A stretch of DNA of 64,000 nt, taken from NCBI GenBank assembly GCA_000002445.1, contig CM000207.1, forward strand, positions 448,001 through 512,000, written 5' to 3'. The notes under the pieces were generated by a model. That model searched no databases, had not been told where the DNA came from, and saw nothing but the letters and a program-made list of their open reading frames with translations. The stretch comes from Trypanosoma brucei. Lineage: Eukaryota. A program made the position numbers and the translations under genes. This document shows, piece by piece, positions 1 to 10,697 of this stretch. Position 1 is the first letter of the stretch. Each line of letters starts with the position of its first letter.

Positions 1-519
1 ACAAAGCTGTTGCGCTGTCATATCCGCACAGTTGACGTAGTGACACTGCACTCGCCGACCCTTCCCAAACAAGTGTGGGAACAGTACAGTTGGATCGCCT
101 GGGGTTGCTGCATTCCCAATGCTGCGGAAATGGCCGTCTTTAACGTTATCAGCGCTCACTGCCGCAGCACCCGCAGCATTCCCTTCGGTCTCGGACCCCC
201 GTTGGCGCTTTGTTGGTCGCTGCCGCTCCATTTGCTTCTGTTGCTTTCGTCCCGCTGCTGGCGGAGGCGAATCGCTGAGGCCCCCACCACCGTTGCTGCT
301 ATTGCTACCGGTGCTGGAGCGACCAGCCGCTTTATCATAAGTCATCACTCTATGCGTAACCCGGCGCATGGCCCGAATTATCGTTGACGTCTTACCAGAC
401 CCGCAAGCACCAAAGACAAATAGCGACTTGCAGTGCTGAATCAGCAGACGTTCCTCGATGAACCGAAGTACATCGTTATATTCTTGTTCCCGTCCCAATA
501 GCGGGGTATTTTCCATCAT
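1..519 (-). CDS. ORC1/CDC6-like AAA+ ATPase, 5' part only (N-terminal ~173 aa; gene continues past the window start). Possibly the ORC1B-type paralogue.
   Basis: Minus-strand ATG at 519-517 opens a stop-free frame to position 1. Translation MMENTPLLGREQEYNDVLRFIEERLLIQHCKSLFVFGACGSGKTSTI matches the ORC1/CDC6 signature (human ORC1 LPCREQEFQDIYNFVESKL...YISGVPGTGKT) including the Walker A GxxGSGKT. A polypyrimidine tract on the coding strand (complement of 541-564) lies just upstream of the ATG. Absent from the ORF track because it is truncated by the window edge. Confidence 0.6.
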   Translation of the reverse strand, partial: MMENTPLLGREQEYNDVLRFIEERLLIQHCKSLFVFGACGSGKTSTIIRAMRRVTHRVMTYDKAAGRSSTGSNSSNGGGGLSDSPPPAAGRKQQKQMERQRPTKRQRGSETEGNAAGAAAVSADNVKDGHFRSIGNAATPGDPTVLFPHLFGKGRRVQCHYVNCADMTAQQLC

Positions 520-540
520 TCCTCTCAAACGCGAAATAAG

Positions 541-564
541 TGAGACAAAAGGGAAGAAAGGGCC
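541..564 (-). promoter_or_regulatory. Polypyrimidine tract, putative trans-splice acceptor region for the ORC1-like gene
   Basis: The minus strand reads gccctttcttcccttttgtctcac followed by AG and then ATG within ~25 nt. This is the typical kinetoplastid polyY-AG arrangement. Confidence 0.4.
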
Positions 565-1746
565 GCGTGATGTGGGAAGCTGAATGCACAGCTTTGCTTT
601 TTTCCCCCCTCCAGAGTGAGGAATATATTTCGTCTTCTTGTATCTATGTATGAATGCGAAGATGACCTTCTTCTTCTCTGTATGTTTTGATATTGTGATG
701 GTTGTGATATCTATGCCACGGCAATCTTTTCTATAAGAGAAACAATACTGTGGTTACAGAAGCGAGTGTGTTACAAAAAAACTGGCGCGCACTCACTTAT
801 GTCGTCTAAACGTGTGTGTTTTCGTTTTTTTCTATGCGTGTAGCTTCCGCCTTCGATAGTGTGTGTATGTGTTGAAGCCCGTACGGGGTGAAAATAAATT
901 CTATTTCTTTTCCACCTTCCTCGGGGTATGTTCACTTCCCCTTTATTCGTGCTTCTCTCAGCTTAACTGCGTTGCGGCGAATTTTACCGAATGAGTTGTG
1001 CAGTAAGCCTAAGCTACAGCAGCGCTACGTGTGCACAAGATCCGCAAAAAAAAAAAACGAAAGTGACTCAGATTGAGAACAGAACAGGCCAGGGGGGGGG
1101 ACAGTAGCAAAAAAATAATAATAATAGCAAAGGATGCCATTGCAAATGAATCAGGGGGGGGGGAGGAAAAAGCGACACAACCACCCGCTAGTGGCGACGA
1201 GGCGCGCACTACTTACTTACAGAGCTACAGTCCATTACCATTATACCGGGGCAATGCCGACAGCTAACCCGCTCATTACAGTGCGTTCCACCTGAAATTC
1301 AAAATGTCATGCAGTGGCGGTAGGTGATGATCCTTGTTTTGTTTGTTGATTTGTGTGTACACCGGGAGGAGGTTTGGGGTTCAGAATCGAAGGAAGACAA
1401 AGAAAGCGCAAATGTAAAAGGAGGGGGATATACAACTGAAAGGAGTACAGACATTGGAAAGAGTTCACCACTTTTCCACTTAAACTCCGCTCCCGCCACC
1501 ACTCCATGTGCAAACAAACAAACAAACGCACAGGACACACACCACGGGCGGTAGTTGCTTTCTCTCCCCCTCTTCTTTTCATTCCCATGCGTGAAAACAC
1601 TTCCATCCGTTCCTCGATGCAGTTCAGCAACAGCAGACTGGATCTTTTTCCTCAACCAAAAGAGAGGCAAAACGGACGGGATGCAAGGTGTGACGGTCAC
1701 TGGACGTAAGTTGTGGAGTAGTAACGCCCAGGTACTAAGCACGCTT

Positions 1747-2997
1747 CTAAAATATTGTTAGTGTGGCGAAGACCGCGTAGAAGAGGGACAGTGGGTACAT
1801 GATGAGATATCTCTGCTTCTCCATGTGGAAACCTCTCACCAACATCGACGTTGCGCACCACGCGGACCAAAGAACGGCCAACAAGGCAGGCACCAACATC
1901 GTTTTACCGACATACCCAAATAACCAATACATCAGTGACTGCGAAGCTGCGAGAAAAACATTAGGAATCAAACCATAGCCTAACGCGCTGATGACGAACT
2001 GCAACGACACCGCATTTTCTGTCATGAGCGAGAGCAGGACTCTCATGAATATAACACCAATAACGAACTGCCCGTAAATGGTACTGAACCGCATGCTGCC
2101 CCGAAGTGAAAGCAAAATCGCAAGAAGAACGGCGAATACTATGGGTCCTGCGAGATCCATGCTGTCAGAAACGTTTTCCCCCATCTCTCTAAATGGGTTA
2201 AGGACGGCAAGTGCGTTGGCCCGTATTTCGTGAGGAAATATTCCCAGTTCGTCCAGTAGTGGAAGATCATCTTCGGGGTATCCGAAACGCTGCTGGTGCA
2301 GTGGAACTTGTCCTTGTGAGGTGTCGACTCCGCTTTCGTTGTTAAAGGCTGTCATCATATTCCGCAATGCAAGTGTCTGCAACAAATTCCCGAAGAATCC
2401 CGGTTGGGTTGGGGAATACGACGTTGGGGGTGGTGTTGGTGGTGGACCCGTTGAGGAGGTTCGTTGGTGCCACGACGTGCCCTGCAAGGGGAGCTGTTGA
2501 CCTTTTGGGGAATAGTCATGGAACACCGGTACCGCTGGATTCATTAGAGGCACAGTCGTTGCTACCGGCATCTGAATGAATGGATGAGCAGCAGTAGGTT
2601 TCGGTGATTGGGTTCCACTCACGAAATGGGAGGGGCTACTTTGGAAGCTGTTCCTATCTGAGCCTGTGCGAAAGGCTTTGGGCGATGCGCACGATGCCGG
2701 CCGTGAAAAGTACGGCGTTGCCGAAGCTACTTTAGGAGGTTGCGCTTGCATTTGTTGCTGCGGGTACTGATACGGATGCTGGTATTGTTGCTGTTGCTGT
2801 TGCTGTTGTTGCCGTATTGGGTTCATGTGGTTTGCGTCCCCTCCATTATAGAAGAAATCTTCTGGTCGTGCACCAGCTGACTGGTTGGGCCACGGCGCAA
2901 ACGGCGGCGGTTGCTGGTAGTAGTTACTGTTGTTGGCCCCATTAACTTCACCTTGATTCCCCTGGGGAAAGTATAAACCGTTTGGTTGCGGTTGCAT
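1747..2997 (-). CDS. Yip1-domain (Ypt/Rab-interacting) membrane protein with a Q/P-rich N-terminus
   Basis: ATG verified at 2997-2995. N-terminal half is P/Q-rich (QQQQQQQQQYQHPYQYPQQQ). C-terminal ~180 aa has the conserved Yip1 DLAGP and GY motifs followed by five hydrophobic helices (DLAGPIVFAVLLAILL...GYGLIPNVFL...). Confidence 0.7.
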   Translation of the reverse strand: MQPQPNGLYFPQGNQGEVNGANNSNYYQQPPPFAPWPNQSAGARPEDFFYNGGDANHMNPIRQQQQQQQQQYQHPYQYPQQQMQAQPPKVASATPYFSRPASCASPKAFRTGSDRNSFQSSPSHFVSGTQSPKPTAAHPFIQMPVATTVPLMNPAVPVFHDYSPKGQQLPLQGTSWHQRTSSTGPPPTPPPTSYSPTQPGFFGNLLQTLALRNMMTAFNNESGVDTSQGQVPLHQQRFGYPEDDLPLLDELGIFPHEIRANALAVLNPFREMGENVSDSMDLAGPIVFAVLLAILLSLRGSMRFSTIYGQFVIGVIFMRVLLSLMTENAVSLQFVISALGYGLIPNVFLAASQSLMYWLFGYVGKTMLVPALLAVLWSAWCATSMLVRGFHMEKQRYLIMYPLSLFYAVFATLTIF

Positions 2998-3376
2998 GGG
3001 GATAGTGACCGCTTCCTAAAAGGGATGAGAAACCTTTACTAAACTCGCCTGGCAACTCCGAATGAATGAAAATTAGGGCAAAAGCAGTCACGATTCAAAT
3101 GCAATAATTACAAAGAAAATAAGCAATGCACATGGTCAATGTTCGGTCGCCGTCCCGAGAACAACGTGGCCCCCCTTCTCCGTACTTAAGCAACAGACGC
3201 CAACAACTCATTTCACTTTCGTGTGTTTACTCGATAGTAACACAAAAATCAGACGACCTCTGTTCCCCTTCTTCCTTGTCCTCTTCGCCACACCACCCTG
3301 CCCATTCATGTGATGATTGCACCTTTGCACAGTGGATTTCGTAAGCTCATTTCTCATTTAACGTGATGATTGACCA

Positions 3377-3703
3377 TTAATCCAACTGCGTTTCACCGCT
3401 TCTCGCCGATCCGGTGTTGTTTTTCCTACGAAACGACACCCTCCAGACACCACCGTCCATTAGAGCCAACACCAAACATGTGCCCCAACGCACTCCGTAG
3501 CGAGTTGCGACGGCCAAGGCGTAAGCTATTAACACCGTGGCAGTAAGCTGTAGGATGCCGTAAGCAAATGGAAGGGGTCCGAATAGTAAAAGAATACTGC
3601 AGTAACCGGCAACCAACCCGAGTAACACGGAGGACATCTGCCGCAGCAAGAACTGGGGGGTGGAGTAAATGACAGTAGAGAGAACATCCTTCCAACTGAA
3701 CAT
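3377..3703 (-). CDS. Hypothetical small membrane protein (108 aa, 3 predicted TM helices)
   Basis: ATG verified at 3703-3701. Same strand as neighbouring genes. Hydrophobic segments LLGLVAGYCSILLLFGPLPFAYGIL and TVLIAYALAVATRY. No recognisable motif. Confidence 0.3.
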   Translation of the reverse strand: MFSWKDVLSTVIYSTPQFLLRQMSSVLLGLVAGYCSILLLFGPLPFAYGILQLTATVLIAYALAVATRYGVRWGTCLVLALMDGGVWRVSFRRKNNTGSARSGETQLD

Positions 3704-4426
3704 TGGAAGAAGTCCACTGCCGTGGCTCAGTTCCTTATAACTGACAAAATCGTTAGAGATGACAGCATGTGTTTGTTGGTGATACCGTGGAAAATAGCGA
3801 AAAAAAAAAAGAAACAGTGTTCAAAGGGATCGATTTCATCATAGCTTAAAAAGTATTAAGAGAAACAGAAGCGTAAGTGCCCTCTTTGGAGCACTGAATA
3901 CTCTAAACGACTCGTGTCATATGGCACTGACGAGGGGGAGGGGTCGAGAGCGCGAAGCGGCAGAAAGTATTCCCAGTTTACCGCCACGTGTGAAATTCAA
4001 GGATATAATCAAACGTGGAAGTATGTCCACTCAGTAAACATAATTTTTTTAAAAAAATATGTATCCCTGGTAAAATATCAAAAAACAGTTCAGTTTTCAT
4101 ACACACAGAAAGAGGGATACAGATATAAAGAAAGAGAGTAACCAATCGACGCGGTATATATGTATGTATATATGTATATATTTCGTTGAAGAACGCCGCT
4201 ATAACACTGAGCGGTCTTCGGAACCTCTATTCCTTTCTTCGAAACGTTTAAACTTTTTCGTTGATAATACCCCATGACGGCCAACCAAACCAGCACACCC
4301 CCCCCCAACGAAACTTGAGTAGCAAGTGTACAAGCGAAGAATCTAAGGGAGCCATCTGCAAGCCGGGGGTAGCGTAGCGGTGACGGAGAAAAATGCTGGA
4401 GATGCGCTGACCAAAATACGAAAGAA

Positions 4427-5488
4427 TTATTTACCATCATCTGGTAGTGGCTGCCTTCCGCTATCACGCATCTGCGCAACAAGCCAATTCATCCCGTCAA
4501 CAACTCCTGTGCCATGCAGCGCGCTCATCTCAACGAGTCGCATTACTCTATTTCCAATACCACTTGAACCCGGTGGGGGCGTGGCCACACCACCAAACGA
4601 TTTTTCGTTTGAAAGTTTGTCATATGCCGACCGATCCGGCGGACCCTCATAATCCCCCTCACCATTCCTGTGCAACTCGCCATAAACGGGCTCACCCACC
4701 ACACAATCGTCTGCGTAGAATTCATCCATCAGTGCCACATCAACTAATCGCAGCGCGTCCTGAATTTCTACGAGAGTATGATGGTTTGCTGCATCCACCT
4801 TGTTCGATACAATTAGGAGTGGGGCGCCAGCTAGTAATGGATGACTGAACATCTGGCGGAGGATGAGCGCATCCTTCGCATACAATTTACGGAGGAATTG
4901 GGATCGCTCTCCTTCACGTACATCCCCTATAGGTGAGTTGGGTTGGGCACCTACATCACTTTCGTCATCTTCACTCGTACCAACTTGATCAGGTGAAGTT
5001 TTCCTGCCTCCTTCACTGCAACCATTTGATGTGGCCTCACCTAACGTGCTGTCCACAACAAATATAACACCATGACATGTACCAAAAAAGTTTCCCCAAA
5101 GAGGTCGTAATGACCCTCCTATATCCCATAATATAAGTGGCGTCGTTAAGGGTGTGAGCGAGACATTTGGTGTCTCATGCTGCGGTGGCGTTGTTACGTG
5201 CGTGACGCTCGACCTATTCAATCCTGTAGTTGGCCTAATTTTTTTCCTCAAAGACTCCACCGGGGCCGGTGTGGGAAAATTATAGTTTACCTCACTTGCA
5301 GTTGCGTCACCACTATTTTCTTCCGTAGTGGAACTGTTGGCACCATTCTTGCTACTTTCCGTCGCGTACATGTGCTTGAGCTGCTCTGATAGCGTTGTCT
5401 TCCCAGATGACTCCAACCCAACGATCAGAACTTTCCTGGTGTCATCGGCGAAGATGGAACTGTAAAGACCCCGGACAAGCGAAAACAT
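4427..5488 (-). CDS. ARF/ARL-like small GTPase, divergent, with large low-complexity insertions
   Basis: The track ORF starts at a TTG (5677). The first in-frame ATG is at 5488-5486, preceded by a polyY tract. G1 motif VLIVGLESSGKTTL, G3 WDIGGS (ARF-type WDxGGQ with Q replaced by S), G4 NKVD, N-terminal MFSLVRGLYSSIF typical of ARF-family starts. ~150-aa S/T/N-rich insert between G1 and G3. Confidence 0.6.
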   Translation of the reverse strand: MFSLVRGLYSSIFADDTRKVLIVGLESSGKTTLSEQLKHMYATESSKNGANSSTTEENSGDATASEVNYNFPTPAPVESLRKKIRPTTGLNRSSVTHVTTPPQHETPNVSLTPLTTPLILWDIGGSLRPLWGNFFGTCHGVIFVVDSTLGEATSNGCSEGGRKTSPDQVGTSEDDESDVGAQPNSPIGDVREGERSQFLRKLYAKDALILRQMFSHPLLAGAPLLIVSNKVDAANHHTLVEIQDALRLVDVALMDEFYADDCVVGEPVYGELHRNGEGDYEGPPDRSAYDKLSNEKSFGGVATPPPGSSGIGNRVMRLVEMSALHGTGVVDGMNWLVAQMRDSGRQPLPDDGK

Positions 5489-5520
5489 TGCGTCGTCGGA
5501 GCTCTTTCGCAAAACGGTTA

Positions 5521-5566
5521 CCTTCGTCGTGTGGAAGAGAACCAAAATAAAATCGAGCAAAAAAAA
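5521..5566 (-). promoter_or_regulatory. Polypyrimidine tract upstream of the ARF-like GTPase start
   Basis: The minus strand reads ttttttttgctcgattttattttggttctcttcc followed by an AG, ~30 nt before the ATG at 5488. The translated tract explains the spurious FFLLDFILVLF N-terminal extension of the track ORF. Confidence 0.4.
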
Positions 5567-6461
5567 TAATAATAATATAAATAACAGAGGTTTCAAGGGA
5601 AGCGATATATAGATAACCAGCACGAACACCCATACATTGCACTGCGAACTCCCACAGCATTCATAATGCGGCAGCAATTTGACACGGGTAATAAGCCGAT
5701 ATTCACTGGCATATGCCGCTCACAACAATAACTTCACACGACACGAGGCAACTCCAGGTCCCTTTGTTGATTGCTCCACGGTTGAAGTTAGTAAACAAGC
5801 CAACATGCCTTGGAAAGTTCCAATCCCCCCCCGTTATTTCCCCAGTCTCCGACAACTTCGCATGTGGACGTATGTGCATAAGAAATGGCGGGTCGACTTG
5901 GTGGAGTTTTTCTTTCTTTTAAAAAAATCAACATCTCGAAGGGGAGGGGAGTTCACATGTTAATGCATTCAACGCTTGTTGGAGTTGTGCCGTCTGCTCC
6001 GCCCTTCCCGTCAACTCCAAACATGAATTTACACAAAAGCCGCTACCATCCAGTTGAAATGAGGACTTGAAAGGTGTGTTTGCCACCACTTTACCTCCCT
6101 TTACACGGCATGTGCATTCCTTTTCCCATACAAGTGCGCGGACATACAGAATAAAGTCCCACTGATATATTCTGTTTACCTTTTCCTTCAAATGTATGAA
6201 GGCATGAAGCATGACCCGCCTCTCTTCCAAATCCTTAGACAATCTAACACATGATATTCCTATATAGACACTACAGTGAAGTAAAAGAGCGACTAGGGTT
6301 AAATCAGCAGTCCCATTAACTCACTACAATGGAGAACCACAGCCTCTCTTACAACCCTTACCCAAACGGGAGAAACCACTCTAGATACAATGTTAGAAAA
6401 TGCAGAGAAAGGAAATCAACATAAAAACAGTGATAATATCGTTTCCACGCCAACGCTGCCT

Positions 6462-8708
6462 TCATGAGGGTTTGGGCATTCGTTGACACGTCCAATAATC
6501 GTAATAGTTGCGTCGCGGAGAAGGCTCCAATGGCACAGCATTGTGCGTCTGCCCGCTAGCGGCCGCTTGCCTTTTCCTGGCCGGCTGTGGCTGCTGCGTA
6601 TCAAGCAGAAGTGACGCCTCCCACGTTAATAGGCAACGTTGAGCGTAAGTTAGGGCGGAGAAAGGGCAGGATTGGTGCATCAGTGGGCTGCTGCTCTCAG
6701 GGTTGCACACGTCAGAGCGACCGGTCTTTTCAACATCGGTTGTCACCTTTTCCACCCCATTTGTGCACAGAACGGAGGGACCCGCCTGTTGTCCCTCCAA
6801 TTCTTCCTCATTTGTTGATGGCCGAGTTTGTTGCCGCGCTTCGTTCTTAACGTTCTCCTCGTCAAATTTCACCAATGGGATTGACGGAGTTGAGGAACCC
6901 GTGTGGTAGTAGCGAAGCAACTGAATGAGCGAGGGGTGCATGCCGTGCTCAACTTCAGATTCAGTTTCTTTCGTATCGTGATTTTGAGAGCCGTCTTCTA
7001 CCTTAGTTGAATTTTTGTTGTTTTGTGGGAATGCTGTAAACAGCGCCGCGTACACAGGATCATCTTCCATACGTTCGTGAATGCGTTCAACAACGGCACT
7101 GCACGAAGCTACGTAGTTTGGGGGCTTCAATCCACCGGTCGCTACCCCATCCTGCACAGAATCAATGGTGCCACCGACCTGCGCACTGCGTCTTCGCGTA
7201 GGGCGGATAGACCTCCAGATTTCTGCCAAACACGCCGACCGCGGTGGTCGAAGGCGCTTCGCAGCGTCCGGTGCTTCTGCCACATCGCTGACCGGAGGAT
7301 CCTTCTTCTCATTCGACTCAGCAGCCGCTGCAGGAGCGGATACCCTGCTGCTACGTGCGATGGTACGGGATTCTACGGTTGCCTTCACAACTTCTGTGGC
7401 CTTCTCCTTCGTCCCTGTAGCTAACTTCGCGGAAGATCGAGTATGACCGCTCGCTTCCCAAGTTTTGTTAGGGCCGCTGCCGGTGGGTTTTGTGGCAGAC
7501 CTCACTTCACTGACTTCCCCACCAGTGCTACTTTCTTTTGGTCGGTGCCCGCGGTGCCGACTGCGTGTGCCCGGGGGTGGAGGTCCGTTTCGTGTTGAAT
7601 CAAACCGGGTTCTCAGACGCGGTTTCTCTTCGTCATTTTCCTCTTCTTCTTCCGCTACGTTATTTTCGGTTGCCTCGGCTTTGCGCTGCGGTGGCGCTCG
7701 CTTCCGAGTAGCTTGAGTGTTTGGAAGTTTGTCCTCCTCCCCACCGCCCTCATCCGTCTCTTCTACCTTTTGCTTTGCGGCTACTGAGAGGGTGTTGCTA
7801 GGTTCCTGCGGGACGCTTTTCTTGGGGTGGAAATTTGAGAGCAGTTCATAGTAGAAGTGCCGCAGAGAAATCAGAAGCGTGTCACGGCGGGTGGGGCCAA
7901 CGTGGTTCTTTAACACCTCAACGTCCATGTTGCGGCACACAACCCACCATGAGAAGGCAAGGTCTTTCGAGCTAAACCTGTCTAAGACAACACCGCGTGT
8001 CAACAGAGATTGGTAGTAGGACACTATAGTGTCAACGATAGCGCAAGAGAACTTCACCACATCCGATTTTCCACTTACCTGGCGAGAGGTTTTTCTATCG
8101 GAGCTTGCGCCTCCCCCCTGGCCCACAGCAACTGGGAGAGAGCGCTCCGGCAGCTGCGGCGATGGCGTTCCCCCATTTCCCTCTGTAATTACTCGCTTAA
8201 GTGGCGTTGCACCAGCTTCAAACGCGTCACTTTGTTCCCGCAACCTTTTGTTGCCATCGCTACTCGAGCTCACCCTCCCTCCTCCATTTTCTTCATCCTT
8301 GCTTACAACTAGCAGAGACGCTCTCGAGGTTTCTTCGACATTGTCAGTATCCCCTCTGCTGCCGCTATGGCTCGTAATGTGTGGAGAAGCGGTCATGCGA
8401 CCTGCTGATGTTTTAGAAACAAAAGCCATAGGGCCGAAGAAGATGATGCGAGCCATGTCAACTGCACAGCCGTCCTCTGACGTGCAAATTCTTTCATCTG
8501 GCTCCGCTGCGAGTAGGAGGTGAAGGTTCTTTGCCCGTGCAGCGTTTATTGGCTCTACAGGAAGCGTGGTGTTGGCGTGATATGAACGCAAACGCTGAAT
8601 TGTATTGAGTGCAATGAAGTCTCTGCACCGGTCGTCTTTCCATGGGTCCATTTCGTACACATTGGAGGCATCCAGCGATATGCCCATTCGCCTCGTCTGT
8701 CGACTCAT
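6462..8708 (-). CDS. Hypothetical protein (~749 aa), S/R/E-rich and partly low-complexity
   Basis: The track ORF begins at a GTG (8810). The first in-frame ATG at 8708-8706 gives MSRQTRRMGISLDASNVYEMDPWKDD. Basic and acidic stretches (RKRAPPQRKAEATENNVAEEEEENDEEK) suggest nuclear localisation. No catalytic motif recognised. Confidence 0.45.
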   Translation of the reverse strand: MSRQTRRMGISLDASNVYEMDPWKDDRCRDFIALNTIQRLRSYHANTTLPVEPINAARAKNLHLLLAAEPDERICTSEDGCAVDMARIIFFGPMAFVSKTSAGRMTASPHITSHSGSRGDTDNVEETSRASLLVVSKDEENGGGRVSSSSDGNKRLREQSDAFEAGATPLKRVITEGNGGTPSPQLPERSLPVAVGQGGGASSDRKTSRQVSGKSDVVKFSCAIVDTIVSYYQSLLTRGVVLDRFSSKDLAFSWWVVCRNMDVEVLKNHVGPTRRDTLLISLRHFYYELLSNFHPKKSVPQEPSNTLSVAAKQKVEETDEGGGEEDKLPNTQATRKRAPPQRKAEATENNVAEEEEENDEEKPRLRTRFDSTRNGPPPPGTRSRHRGHRPKESSTGGEVSEVRSATKPTGSGPNKTWEASGHTRSSAKLATGTKEKATEVVKATVESRTIARSSRVSAPAAAAESNEKKDPPVSDVAEAPDAAKRLRPPRSACLAEIWRSIRPTRRRSAQVGGTIDSVQDGVATGGLKPPNYVASCSAVVERIHERMEDDPVYAALFTAFPQNNKNSTKVEDGSQNHDTKETESEVEHGMHPSLIQLLRYYHTGSSTPSIPLVKFDEENVKNEARQQTRPSTNEEELEGQQAGPSVLCTNGVEKVTTDVEKTGRSDVCNPESSSPLMHQSCPFSALTYAQRCLLTWEASLLLDTQQPQPARKRQAAASGQTHNAVPLEPSPRRNYYDYWTCQRMPKPS

Positions 8709-9929
8709 GTTTTGTAGCCACCGAGACACGCTGCCCGCCGATGTCCGCCGCTTTTCAGCCTGTGCTCTGTTCCACCTAACGCTAACCTCACCACCAACTT
8801 TCTCTAACACTTCATATTAATGAAAACGAATTCGAAAAATGAGAGTTGATGTCCGTATTAACTTCCTCCAGTGGTGGGGATGTTGACCAGCATAATTCGC
8901 TAAGATACGTAAGACAGTAACCAAGTTATGCAAAATAGTGTATCCCATGATGCCTGTCCCATCCCCACTCCCCTTCCAACTCCTTGCGACGGGAGCACGC
9001 ATATTCTCTCTCAGTGTTGTGCGTCTCATTGTTATAATTTAGGGGCGTAGCTAACAAGCGTGTTGAGGTGAGTCGGCACACGGGCAGTAAAGGGGGAAGG
9101 ATCAGAAAGGAATCAGAAGAGTAAGAACGCATTTCCATGAATCCATCTACCCGATGAAGCCGCGCCTTCCTCCTCCTTGTTTCCCACCGTCCTGAACTTC
9201 ATTTTCTTGCCACACCTCTTTCTAGCCGTGCAGGGTTCACTAATAGTTTAGCAAGCACGACCTCGGCTATAATGTGGCTTCCTTCTACTGTTCATGTCCT
9301 TGGGTGCCCACATCCCGCGTTAGCGGGTACTGTGCATGAACGCTTCAAAAATTATCGGCAAGAGCGAAAGGAACAATAATAATCTCCGATGCACTTCAAG
9401 TTTGTCAGCGGAACCGACTGCAGGACGGAAAGGAAAGTAATGATGGATGCATCCAAGAGCAGCACACCGACGCCGAGCTGACGTGTAAAGGGTAATAGAA
9501 AATCACCAAACGGTTAAGTGAAACAACGGTCCAATAATCACGACTGTGTGAAAAAAAAAAAGGAACCCGACACGCAGCAAAAACTGAAAACAGCAACAAC
9601 ATACCGACACCACCAAAAGCTACTTCGCTACTATTGTCATTTTCGCTCATTTACATTGGAGAAATGGGATAAAGGTACATCATCTTGTGACGTCTCACAT
9701 TTTGTCTCTTGTCAAAGGGAGCGTCAGGTGAAATAAACAAACCGTAACATTCGCAACACCTAAACAAAACAGACGGAAGACTGCACGCACATATATGCAC
9801 ACATTTTTTATTTATCGCAATCTCCTGTCCTGCCTTTTTTTTTCTGAACTCCGCCGCACACTAATAAACATCGTAAATCAATAAGTCGAGTTGCTCATCA
9901 ACGTGTATGACTCCTCCTTTACGTGTATA

Positions 9930-9931
<2 letters not shown>

Positions 9932-9968
<37 letters not shown>
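9932..9968. repeat. (TA)n microsatellite, ~18 units
   Basis: Direct read in the intergenic region upstream of the giant repeat gene. Confidence 0.9.
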
Positions 9969-9971
<3 letters not shown>

Positions 9972-10697
9972 CCGACGGAGTGAACAAACGAAATAAAAAC
10001 CCACTCAGCCGTGTCTTTGTCACGCCATGCCAGCTGCTTTCATGTAATGGGTGCTGCTTCCTTTACGTGCTCGACTACTCAAGGCAAAATAAGAAGATAA
10101 CAAACACAACCCAAATCCCCAGCGGCTCCAAACTTACCTTCCGCATTACAAATTGAATGAATTCACCCCAATAATGTTTCGGAGTCGATACCTCCCTGTA
10201 CTCAAGTAAACGTATGTATTAGTGTACATGCACTCTGGTGAATTGTAAACATCAGTTACATCTTCTTCCTCCTGTCAACCCTAAAGGCGGCTCTACACAT
10301 GCCATTAGGGAGGGAGGGTGAGGGGGTAAAAACGCGAACATTTATATGGTTTCCATTTTAACAGGTTTGCATATCGCTCGAGTGTTTCTAGTCTGCGACT
10401 TATCACCGTCACCAACTAAATCACACATAATCGGTGGTGTTCCTTTACCCTGTCTTCACTTCCTTCGCAACAGTTTAAGCATTTGGAATTGAAGTAAATA
10501 CACCTCCAGGTGTGTAAAAAATAATAATAATAATAATTAAGAACTAGCGTGTCCCTCTTGTATGTATGTACAAATATGGAAGAGGATTCACACTTTTAAC
10601 GAGGACATGCGTCTGCAGCACACGAGTGTCACGTTTCTAAAGGGTTGGACATACTAAGACCAGTGCAAAGTATGCAGAATCTTTCACCACAAGCCCC

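Noticed and set aside
10-387. Plus-strand ORFs at 10-387 and 119-340 at the window start
   Set aside because: They are antisense to the well-supported ORC1/CDC6-like minus-strand frame and are G/C-rich low-complexity translations.
3360-3390. GTGATGA box resembling a snoRNA C box
   Set aside because: A single short motif on the plus strand, opposite the gene strand, with no convincing D box or guide complementarity.
5489-5677. N-terminal extensions of track ORFs (e.g. 5489-5677, 23484-23705, 28407-28466, 32601-32669, 43616-43867, 47933-47980, 51250-51456)
   Set aside because: They start at TTG or GTG rather than ATG and encode F/L/S/P-rich peptides that are translated polypyrimidine splice-acceptor tracts or a (TA)n microsatellite. 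The first in-frame ATG was used instead.
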